Assembly: GCA_964016885.1 (NCBI GenBank)
Contig: CAXHJY010000422.1
Span: 25,184-89,183, forward strand
From: Eledone cirrhosa
Taxonomy: Eukaryota
Length of the DNA stretch: 64,000 nt
Reading direction: 5' to 3'
The notes beneath the pieces are model-generated. The model was not told where the DNA came from. It searched no databases and saw only the letters and a program-made list of their open reading frames with translations. Below, one piece after another: positions 11,915 through 23,964 of this stretch. Position numbers and translations under genes: made by a program. The number at the start of each line of letters is the position of its first letter. The stretch's first letter is position 1.

Positions 11915-13110
11915 GTGTGGTGTAGTGGTGTGGTGGTGTGGTGGTGTGGTGGTGGTGATGTGGTGGTGGGGTGGTGGTGGTGGTGTGGTGGTGGTGGTGT
12001 AGTGGTGTGGTGGTGTGGTGGTGGTGATGGTGTGGTGGTGGTGTAGTGGTGTGGTGGTGTGGTGGTGGTGATGTGGTGGTGGGGTGGTGGTGGTGGTGTA
12101 GTGGTGTGGTGGTGTGGTGGTGGTGATGGTGTGGTGGTGGGGTGGGGGTGGTGTAGTGGTGTGATGGTGGGGTGGTGGGGTGGTGGTGGTGTGGTGGTGT
12201 GGTGGTGTGGTGGTGGTGATGTGGTGGTGGGGTGGTGGTGGTGGTGTGGTGGTGGTGGTGTAGTGGTGTGGTGGTGTGGTGATGTGGTGGTGGGGTGGTG
12301 GTGGTGGTGTAGTGGTGTGGTGGTGTGGTGGTGGTGATGGTGTGGTGGTGGGGTGCTGGTGGTGTGGTGGTGGTGATGGTGTGGTGGTGTGGTGGTGGGG
12401 TGGTGGTGATGTGGTGGTGGGGTGGTGGTGGTGTAGTGGTGGTGGTGATGGTGTGGTGGTGGGGTGGTGGTGATGTTGTGGTGGGGTGGTGGTGGTGTGG
12501 TGGTGGTGATGGTGTGGTGGTGGGGTGGTGGTGGTGGGGTGGTGGTGGTGTGGTGGTGGTGATGTGGTGGTGGGGTGGTGGTGGTGGTGTGGTGGTGGTG
12601 GTGTAGTGGTGTGGTGGTGGGGCGGGGTGGTGGTGGGGCAGTGGTGGTGATGTGGATGTGGATGTGGTGGTGGGGCAGTGGTGGTGTGGGGGGCAGTGGT
12701 GGGGTGTGGTGGTGGTGGTGGTGTGGTGGAGATATGGTGGTGGTTGTGGTGGTGGTGTGGTGGTGGTGTGGTGGTGTGGTGGTGTGGTGGTGGTGTGGAG
12801 ATATGGTGGTGGTTGTGGTGGTGGTGTGGTGGTGGTGGTGGTGGTGTGGTGGAGATATGGTGGTGGTGTGGTGGTGGTGGTGTGGTGGAGACATGGTGGT
12901 GGTTGTGGTGGTGGTGTGGTGGTGGTGGTGGTGGTGTGGTGGTGATGTGGTGGAGACATGGTGGTGGTGTGGTGGAGACATGGTGGTGGTGTGGTGGTGG
13001 TGTAGTTGTAGTGATAATGGTGGTGTTGGTGGTGTGTGCGGTGGTAGTGTGGTGGTGGTGTAGTTGTAGTGATAATGGTGGTGGTGGTGGTGTGTGGTGT
13101 GTAGGCTGGG
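11915..13110. repeat. (GTG)n/(GTGGT)n G-rich microsatellite
   Basis: Seen directly. Confidence 0.9.
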
Positions 13111-13203
13111 GTGGGGTGTTAACTCTTTACATATTTCTGCCATGAAGTCACACACCTCCCCCCTCACCTCCCAATGATATTCTCTATTCTACTCTGTAAT
13201 TAC

Positions 13204-13235
13204 CTCCAATAACAACCAGCACAATACATCGAAGA
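13204..13235 (-). CDS. Putative micro-exon C (32 nt)
   Basis: Acceptor CCACCACAG| and donor GAG|GTAATT. Reads SSMYCAGCYW or LRCIVLVVIG depending on frame; unique sequence between microsatellites. Confidence 0.5.
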
Positions 13236-13769
13236 CTGTGGTGGTGTAGTGGTGGTGGTGGTGGGGTGGTGGTGGTGTGGTGGTGTGGTGGTGGTGGTGG
13301 TGGTGGTGGTGGTGGTGGTGTATCCCACCCCTTCCCCCACATTATATCCTTAACCCCTCTCTCTATTCCACTCCTCTCCCACCCTCCCCACACCTGCCCA
13401 CCCCTATCTACTCCCACCTCTCCTCCCGCATAAGTTTAAATTAAACGCTCCATCCATGCCCTCCCTGTTGGAATAACTAAAAAGGAAAAAAATATTTACA
13501 AAATTGAGACGTGTAATAAATGTGTCACTAAAATATTTGGCTCATCATCACCATGACTACCACCATGAATACCATCATCACCATGACTACCACTATAATG
13601 ATAATGATCACCATCATCACCATCATCATCATCATCATTGTTTAAGGTCCACTTTCCCTGCTAGGGTTAGACAGGTCTACACAGACCAAGTCAGTAGTGA
13701 AGTGGGGCTACTGCCCTCCCACACAAGCCAGGGAATCTATCGTCTCACATCCTCTCAAGTACACTGGTG

Positions 13770-14180
13770 TGGTTGTCCTGTCTTTGACACAACTGAAGGG
13801 TCCTTCCAAGGGGAGGTTGTCATGTGACACAACTGAAGGGTCCTTCCAAGGGGAGGTTGTCCTGTCTTTGACACAACTGAAGGGTCCTTCCAAGGGGAGG
13901 TTGTCATGTGACACAACTGAAGGGTCCTTCCAAGGGGAGGTTGTCATGTGACACAACTGAAGGGTCCTTCCAAGGTGTGGTTGTCGTGTGACACAACTGA
14001 AGGGTCCTTCCAAGGGGAGGTTGTCATGTGACACAACTGAAGGGTCCTTCCAAGGGGAGGTTGTCCTGTCTTTGACACAACTGAAGGGTCCTTCCAAGGG
14101 GAGGTTGTCATGTGACACAACTGAAGGGTCCTTCCAAGGGGAGGTTGTCCTGTCTTTGACACAACTGAAGGGTCCTTCCA
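13770..14180. repeat. 40/44-bp minisatellite, ~9-10 copies
   Basis: Unit GACACAACTGAAGGGTCCTTCCAAGGGGAGGTTGTC plus ATGT or CTGTCTTT. Confidence 0.9.
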
Positions 14181-14487
14181 AACCCTAACGTATACTAAAT
14201 GTCTGTGGAATGAAATAATGGAGGGAAGACATAGAAAGACATGGCTGCTGCTGATGGAAGAGAGAAATAGAAATTTGGGGGAGGGGGGAGAAGACAATGG
14301 GGGAGGGGGGAGCAGTTTGTCATGGGACACCCCCCCCCCCCCTCCCAGTTGCCATGGGACACCCCCTCCTCCCAGTTGCCATGGGTCACCCCCTCCTCCC
14401 CTAATTTAGCAGAGAAAGTGGCTTTAAAATACCTGTTGGTGTCTCATTTGTCATCTAACACTTTTCTATGGTGGGTTCAGTTAGATG

Positions 14488-14753
14488 GTGTGTATATATA
14501 TATATATCTGTGTATATATATATATATGTGTGTATATATATATATATGTGTGTATATATATATATATATATGTGTATATATATATATATATGTGTGTATA
14601 TATATATATATGTGTGTATATATATATATATCTGTGTATATATATATATATGTGTATATATATATATATATGTGTGTATATATATATATATGTGTGTATA
14701 TATATGTGTGTATATATATATATATGTGTGTATATATATATATATGAGTGTAC

Positions 14754-14789
<36 letters not shown>

Positions 14790-15925
14790 ATAGATATATA
14801 GATATGTGTGTCTATATATATATATGTGTGTGTATATATATACATGTGTGTGTATATATATATATATGTGTGTGTATAGATATAGATATATATATGTGTG
14901 TGTATATATATATATATGTGTGTATATATATATATGCATGTGTGTATATATATATATGTGTGTGTATATGTGTGTGTGTGCACGTGAAACATTTTCTCCA
15001 AGAACTATTGAGATATAAGTAACATTTACGCACACATACATATATATACACACACACATATATATATACACACACGCATGTACCAACACACATATATGCA
15101 TACAAACAAACAAAAACACAAACACACACACACACACCAATAACACACACCCCCTACATATATACACACACACCCTACACACACACACACCCTACACATA
15201 TAGACACCCCCCCTACACATACACACACCCTACACATATACACACCCCCTATATACATACACACACACCCCTACACACACACACTCCTACACACATACAC
15301 ACACCCCCTACACATATATACACACCCCCTACACATACACACACACCCTACACATATAGACACACCCTCTACACATATAGACACACACCCTACACATACA
15401 CACACACCCCCTACACATAGACACACCCCTATACATATAGACACACACCCCTACACATACACACACACCCTACACATATAGACACACACCCTACACATAT
15501 AGACACAAACCCTACACATACACACACACACCCTACACATAGACACACCCCCTACACATATAGACACACACCCCTACACATACACACACCCCCTACACAT
15601 ATAGACACACACCCCTACACATACACACACCCCCTACACATATAGACACACACCCTACACATACACACACACCCCCTACACATAGACACACCCCCTACAC
15701 ATATAGACACACACCCTACACATACACACACACCCCCTACACATAGACACACCCCCTACACATATAGACACACACCCCTACACATACACACACACCCTAC
15801 ACATATAGACACACACCCTACACATACACATACACCCCCTACACATATAGACACACACCCTACACATACACACACACCCTACACATATAGACACACACCC
15901 TACACATACACACACCCTACACACA
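14488..15925. repeat. (TA)/(TG) microsatellite followed by a CCCTACACAT(ATAG)ACACAC-type ~20-24 bp minisatellite
   Basis: Seen directly. Confidence 0.85.
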
Positions 15926-16191
15926 ATGAATACAAATATAAAACTACATAAAATATTAAGACCAGAGATGAAATCAATTTCCTCCTCCAGGTAAAAATCT
16001 TTGTGATGAGCTGCGAAACACCTTTAAAATGTGTGTGGTGAGGAGAGGGGGTGTTATAGAAGTTTGGTAGGAAGAAATCTAGAAGTGTTTATTGTAAAAC
16101 AGATGTAGCTAACCAAGCTTCTCCACACCTCTTTCTCTCTGGTAATCTTAATAAAACATTGAACAAATTCTATAGTTGGGAACTTGATGAA

Positions 16192-17347
16192 ATCACAGCT
16201 CTGATACTACAGACATGTGTTTAGAATGTCTGAGGAAAGAATCTCTGAATTGAGAGATCACAGCTCTGATACTACAGACATGTGGTTAGAATGTCTGAGG
16301 AAAGAATCTCTGAATTGAGAGATCACAGCTCTGATACTACAGACATGTGGTTAGAATGTCTGAGGAAAGAATCTCTGAATTGAGAGATCACAGCTCTGAT
16401 ACTACAGACATGTGTTTAGAATGTCTGAGGAAAGAATCTCTGAATTGAGAGATCACAGCTCTGATACTACAGACATGTGTTTAGAATGTCTGAGGAAAGA
16501 ATCTCTGAATTGAGAGATCACAGCTCTGATACTACAGACATGTGTTTAGAATGTCTGAGGAAAGAATCTCTGAATTGAGAGATCACAGCTCTGATACTAC
16601 AGACATGTGTTTAGAATGTCTGAGGAAAGAATCTCTGAATTGAGAGATCACAGCTCTGATACTACAGACATGTGTTTAGAATGTCTGAGGAAAGAATCTC
16701 TGAATTGAGAGATCACAGCTCTGATACTACAGACATGTGTTTAGAATGTCTGAGGAAAGAATCTCTGAATTGAGAGATCACAGCTCTGATACTACAGACA
16801 TGTGTTTAGAATGTCTGAGGAAAGAATCTCTGAATTGAGAGATCACAGCTCTGATACTACAGACATGTGTTTAGAATGTCTGAGGAAAGAATCTCTGAAT
16901 TGAGAGATCACAGCTCTGATACTACAGACATGTGTTTAGAATGTCTGAGGAAAGAATCTCTGAATTGAGAGATCACAGCTCTGATACTACAGACATGTGT
17001 TTAGAATGTCTGAGGAAAGAATCTCTGAATTGAGAGATCACAGCTCTGATACTACAGACATGTGTTTAGAATGTCTGAGGAAAGAATCTCTGAATTGAGA
17101 GATCACAGCTCTGATACTACAGACATGTGTTTAGAATGTCTGAGGAAAGAATCTCTGAATTGAGAGATCACAGCTCTGATACTACAGACATGTGGTTAGA
17201 ATGTCTGAGGAAAGAATCTCTGAATTGAGAGATCACAGCTCTGATACTACAGACATGTGGTTAGAATGTCTGAGGAAAGAATCTCTGAATTGAGAAATCA
17301 CAGCTCTGATACTACAGACATGTGGTTAGAATGTCTGAGGAAAGAAT
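16192..17347 (+). repeat. 65-bp satellite (~18 near-identical copies) derived from an RTE ORF motif
   Basis: Period 65 (GATCACAGCT at 16321 and 16386). Unit translates L*IERSQL*YYRHVVRMSEERI, resembling the RTE motif LRIERSQLRWxGHVxRM. Confidence 0.9.
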
Positions 17348-17502
17348 AGACCTCGAGCAAGATGGTTCGATAACATCCATGAATTTGGCTGGCCTCGCCT
17401 GGGGATGGATCCAGCTGGATCAGTTGGAGATAGTACCTGCCGGAAGGATTGTTTGAGGATTCTGGCCCCACAACCCTCTCAGGAATCAGTGGGTGAAGAA
17501 GG
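17348..17502 (+). mobile_element. RTE-clade (Rex3/Expander-like) ORF C-terminal fragment
   Basis: Translates RPRARWFDNIHEFGWPRLGMDPAG...CLRILAPQPS, matching the GRPRxRW...LG...LLPPRP pattern of RTE C-termini. Confidence 0.65.
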
Positions 17503-17876
17503 AGAAATGCTTGAAGAAATCTAGATGTTTACTGTTAATCTTTATAAAACATTGAAGAAATTCTGTAGAATTTTGGTAGGAACTTGAAGAAATCTGGAAG
17601 TGTTTACTGTAAAACAGACGTAGAAAACCAGAGCAGGCTCTCTCTCTCTCTCTCTCTCTCTCTCCCTGTACTCTCTCCCTCCCTCTCCCTGCACTCACTC
17701 TCTCCCTCTCTCTCCCTGCACTCACTCTCTCCCTCTCTCTCCTTGCACTCACTCTCTCTCTCTCTCCTTGCACTCACTCTCTCTCTCTCTCTCGCCCTGC
17801 ACCCACTCTCTCTCTATCCCTACTCTCATTCACTCTTTCTCTCTCCCTGCTCTCATTCACTCTTTCTCTCTCCCTG

Positions 17877-17923
<47 letters not shown>

Positions 17924-18041
17924 TCTATCTCTGCACTCTCTTTCTCTGAAATTATTGTCTGATCTCCGACAGCTGAAGATAAAAGGGAGTTGTTCCATGT
18001 ATTCCCATTATCTGTCCATGTCACGTGTACTCAGATTATTG

Positions 18042-18730
<689 letters not shown>

Positions 18731-19602
18731 TGTAGGAGGTGAGTTTTATTATAGTACAATAAAGCAATGCAGATATCGGATAAGAAGCACTCTACAGTTT
18801 GTAGGACTGGAGTATAAATAATATAAGATCAAAAGATGGTTAGAGGAGTTCCATGTATTTTATTATGCGCATTTCAAAAACAAACATCATCATGCAATAA
18901 TATTTGTGTTTTCATCAGATAAAACAGGAGAACATGATATGAAGGCTAAAGAACACTTGTGGATAGTGCAGTTTTAAATCAACATATGAAAAGTGGTTTT
19001 AGATTGATGTGTGATATTGGCAAAAATATTATATTTAGAGAGGGGTGGGGGGTGGAAAGGATGAAAAAGGGGAGGAGATGAGAGGGAGAGATGGGTGATA
19101 GAGAGAAAGAGATAGTTTTTATAACTGAGAGAAGATATATTGTTTTATATAGAGGGGTTGAAAACCGTTGGAAGATAATGTATAAATTAAAAGAATTTGA
19201 AAATTAACGAAGGGAAAGATATGTACGAGGAAAAAATATTTTATTTAGGGAGGGGCGAATCATCACCGTTTTACGTCCGTTCTTCCATGCTAGCATGGGT
19301 TAGACGGGTTGTCCTGTTGTGGGCAGTGTCTGGTCGGCTGATCATGCCTTGCTCATACAGGATATATATATATATATATATATATTAGAGGTATATATAT
19401 ATATATAAACATGTACATATATAATATGCTCATATACAATAAATATGAGCAGCCTCACTGCTGAAGAAAAATACACTTTAATGTAATGAAATGAAAAAGA
19501 TCATATTTTAACAAGACTCACTATTTAGCCTTAATAATAAAGTATATACATACATACATACATATATATACATACATACATACATATATATACATACATA
19601 CA

Positions 19603-19638
<36 letters not shown>

Positions 19639-19727
19639 TATACTTCAATAAAAATATAAGGCCAGATTGCAATATATTTTTGTAATGTTTCACAATTACA
19701 TAATACATATTTTGATGGCCAGCTTAC

Positions 19728-19775
19728 GACATCAGACCATGACACAAAACAATTGTCATCATCAGATGAAACAAA
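19728..19775 (-). CDS. Putative micro-exon B (48 nt)
   Basis: Acceptor ATATTTCAAG| and donor GTC|GTAAGC. Reads FVSSDDDNCFVSWSDV (or LFHLMMTIVLCHGLMS). Confidence 0.55.
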
Positions 19776-19929
19776 CTTGAAATATTTAAAAGATTTAATT
19801 CAGTAATCCCTACTGGGTTATGGCAAAATATAAATAATGAATCATGGTAATGGACACACATATATATGCCCACCCCCCCACACACACACACATACCACCC
19901 ACACATATACACCATCCCCCACACAGACA

Positions 19930-20030
19930 AAGGCTACAGTAGAAACACTTGCCCAAGGTGCTATGCAGTGGTAATGAAACCTAAACCACACAGTTACAAG
20001 TCACACACCTACCTTAACCACACAACCCTG
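19930..20030 (-). mobile_element. Degraded head and CORE segment of an older tRNA-SINE
   Basis: Minus strand GGTTGTGTGGTTAAG...CCACTGCATAGCACCTTGGGCAAGTGTTTCTACTGTAGCC contains the CORE signature CCTTGGGCAAGT. Confidence 0.6.
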
Positions 20031-20403
20031 TCTGGTTATAAAAATACTTTCATAGCATTTTTTTTCATAAAAGAACTTTTATAAAATACATTTATAAGAT
20101 TAAGAAAAACAATCTTATTAAAGAGAAAGGAAGTGAGAATTATTGGTAAAATTCTGAAGTTGACATATTTTCCTATTTCTCCTGACAACTTTGACATGTT
20201 GTAGATATTTCAAGGAATTCTACAATATATATTTCAGGCACAATTTTACAACATTAATTTATAACATAACTATCACACTATAACATGTATCACATGTAGC
20301 TGATATCACAATGACACTGTCATATATCATATATATTGAGGATAAACCACTCTCTCTCTCTCAACTGGCATACCGCCTCTGGACGCATCCTAGCAACGAT
20401 ACG

Positions 20404-20459
<56 letters not shown>

Positions 20460-20486
20460 AATTAAAAAACAGAGTTAATGACTCAC

Positions 20487-20532
20487 GTTATTCCCCATAA
20501 TTTAATGAGCTCAACAATAGATTCCAGGCTCC
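20487..20532 (-). CDS. Putative exon A (46 nt) with candidate start codon at 20498 (MGNN)
   Basis: Acceptor TTGTTGTATAG| and donor AAC|GTGAGT. ATG context attATGG has a purine at -3 and G at +4. Confidence 0.5.
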
Positions 20533-20839
20533 CTATACAACAATATATAGGGGAAAATAGACAAAGAGGTATGTATTCCATCCCTATCCCTTATCATTGA
20601 ACACATACCTCTTTCTGTATTTTTCTATATATATATTTATTCATATGTATATAGGATAAACCACTCTCTCCCTCTCTCTCTCTCTCTCTCTCCCTCTCTC
20701 TCTATATATATATATGGAAAAGAAATCGAAAATGCAACTGGAGTCTTTTTAAGAATATTTATTTATTTCGTTTACCAGTTTCACAGTTCTTATGCTTGAG
20801 ATGGAGGGTTTGTGGTTTGTCTCGCATTATATATATATA

Positions 20840-21002
20840 TAAAATAAAGTACCAGTAATGCACTGGGTAATTGCTGGCCTTGTGCCTAAAGTAGAAACAA
20901 TTATATATATATAACTTTGCCTTTCATCCTTACGGGGTCGATAAAATAAAGTACCAGTAATGTACTGGGTAATTTGCTGGCCTTGTGCCAAAAGTAGAAA
21001 CA
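20840..21002 (+). mobile_element. Two tandem 3' fragments of the second SINE family
   Basis: AAAATAAAGTACCAGTAATG...GCTGGCCTTGTGCC..AAGTAGAAACA occurs twice. Confidence 0.75.
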
Positions 21003-21188
21003 TATATATATATATATATCAGAAGATCCCATTAAGGGTGAAAGCAGCGATTCTTTGCTTAAACTTTAATCTGTTATATTAAGAAATATTTGCTCTACGG
21101 TTCTTATATATTTGATATATATTTATCCTTATCGAGCCCTCTTTGGATTTTAGTCTTCAAATTTATTATTATTACTATATATATATAT

Positions 21189-21520
21189 GGAGGCACATGG
21201 CTTAGTGGTTAGAGCATTGGCTTTTCAATCGAAAGGTTGTGAGTTCAATTCTCAGACCGGGTGATGTGTTGTTTCCTTGAGCAAGACACTTTATTTCACA
21301 TTGCTCCAGTTTACTCAGCTGTAGAAATGAGATGATAGGGACTGGGGTTCCTATCATTCCACTGCAAAGTGGTCGTGGATGTGCCACGACAAAAAAGCAC
21401 CCAGTACTCACTGTAAATGAGGTTGGTGTTAGGAAGGGCATCCAGCTGTAGAAATCAAGCCAGAATCAGTTCCCATCCCACCCTTGCAAGCAGGGAAAAG
21501 CGGACGTAAATTGAAATGAT
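21189..21520 (+). mobile_element. Full-length CORE-type SINE
   Basis: Near-identical to 7981-8293, with about 24 nt more internal sequence. Confidence 0.9.
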
Positions 21521-21529
21521 ATATATATA

Positions 21530-21830
21530 ATCATCATCATCATCATCGTTTAACATCCATCTTCCACGCTTGCATGGGTTTGGACGGGAATATTCCCACT
21601 TGAGGCAAGATTGGTTGTCTTGCTCGCATAGGACTGTCTGGCGGGTTTTCTACGGCTGGATGCCCTTCCTAACACCAACCACGTTTACAGTGTGGACTGG
21701 GAGGTTTTTACCGTGTTACCTACACGGCCACATTACAGCGTGAACTGTGTGTTTTTTTTTCGTGACACCTACACAACCTCATTTATTTCGGACTGGATGT
21801 TGTGGTACCAACATAACTTTACATTGAAAG
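21530..21830 (-). mobile_element. RTE LINE 3' UTR with (GAT)n tail
   Basis: Aligns along its length with 54155-54458; lies tail-to-tail with the SINE. Confidence 0.85.
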
Positions 21831-22524
21831 TAGTAGCAAGTGCCCACTGAATACTAGCTCATTCCATTGCACAGATGGTTCTATAGAAATAGTGGACAGC
21901 TCCCGTTACCTGGGTCATAAAATCAGCAGTGGGGGGAGAGTGCTCTGAAAGTACAGTAGCTAGAGTCAGAACGAGATGGAAAAAGTTCAGAGAGCTTATA
22001 CCACTATTGACCGCTAAAGGTTTCTCTCTAAAAATGAAAGGCAGGCTGTATGATGCCTGCATACGAACAGCAATGTTACATGGCAGTGAGACCTGGGCAT
22101 TGTGTGCAGAGGATCTGCGCAGAGTGGAGAGGAACGAAGCATGCATGCTCCGCTGGATGTGTAATAGTAATATATGTGAACAGCAAAGCATAAATGAACT
22201 AAGGGAGAAATTAGGAATAAGAGGGATCAGATGTTGTTTACTCAAGAGAAGACTACGTTGGTATGGTCACATGATGCGCATGAAAGATGACAGCTGTATA
22301 ACAAAGTGTAGGGCGATAAAAATAGATGGTAGTTACGGAGTAGGCAGACCCAGAAAAACCTGGGACGACTTGATAAATTCCGACCTCACACACTTATACC
22401 TCTCCAAGACAATGTCACTGGACCGAGATCTTTGGCGCTACACAATTATACAGAAGACCGGCCTTGCCTAAGTACAAAGCGAAACCTACTACAGTCAGTA
22501 GGCATCTCTTAACCAAAAATACAC
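21831..22524 (+). mobile_element. RTE LINE ORF C-terminal fragment plus start of 3' UTR, inverted relative to its own tail
   Basis: ORF 21929-22471 has KGRLYDACIRTAMLHGSETW, RRLRWYGHMMRM and GRPRKTW, which are RTE post-RT motifs. Confidence 0.9.
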
Positions 22525-23395
22525 ACCACACCACACCACACCACCCCACACACACACCACACCACATACACCACACACACCACATCACACCACACCACAC
22601 CACACCACACCACACCACACCACACCACACCACACCACACCACACCACATCACCCCACACCACACCACCCCACACCACACCACACACCACACCACATCAC
22701 ACACACACACACCACACATACAAACCACACCACACATACACACCACACCACCCCACACACCACACCACATCACACACACACACCACACATACAAACCACA
22801 CCACACCACACATACACACCACACCACACATACACACCACACCACACAACACCACGCACCACACCCCACACACACAACACCACACCTCACACACCTACAC
22901 CAAACACACTACACCACACCACACACACCACACCACATACACACACCACACCACAAAACACACACACCACACACACCACACCACACACACACACCACACC
23001 ACAAAACACACACACCACACCACACACCACAACACCACACACACACACACATGACACACCACGCCACATGACACACACACACCACACCACACACACCACA
23101 CACCCCACACCACACCACTCCACACCAGACACCACACACCAAGCCACACCACACCACACCACACCACACCACACCACACCACACCACACCACTTCACATC
23201 ACACCACACCACACCACACCACATACATCACACCACACCACACCACACCACTTCACATCACACCACACCACACCACACACATCACACCACACCACACACA
23301 CCACATCACACCACACCACATCACACCACACCACACCACACCACATCACATCACACCACACCACACCACACTACACTACACCACACACACACACA
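22521..23395. repeat. (CACAC)n pentamer microsatellite
   Basis: Seen directly. Confidence 0.9.
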
Positions 23396-23964
23396 TGTAA
23401 ACACATGCACACATACACAGGTTACTGAATAATACATGCACTCATATACAGACACTCACATATACACACACATATATACACACATATGTACACACATATA
23501 CAGACACTCACATATACACACACATATATACACACACATGTACACACACATACATACACATGCACACACATACATACTCTCACATACACACATACAAGCT
23601 ATTGACTACAGTATTACATGACTAAGCTGCTACACATGCAGTCTATTGGAAACACGGATGCACCGCTGCACATATACAACGCAGGAAATGCACACAAGAC
23701 TTTAAAGATGATAATGCAATATTACATGCATGTAACTTATTCAACATGCATTGCATGTGACATGTTGCAGTGTATAGTGCATTTCATAAAACTGGGTTAA
23801 GCGTGCATGCAGGTGTGCAGTGTGTGCAGTGTGCAGCATGAAGTGTGTGTGCAGTGTATCTAGAGATAGATGGTAATGCATGTTGCACAAATTACAAGAA
23901 ATGCACAAACGATGACAATGTTATTAAAAATAGATTTGTGTAATTTATGTTATGGTTGTATATT

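Noticed and set aside
13786-13825. Hammerhead in the 40-bp unit (CTGAAGG)
   Set aside because: Core mismatch and no GAAA.
14433-14470. Possible extra minus-strand exon (CAG|GTATTT donor)
   Set aside because: Weak donor, and the longer version has stops in all frames.
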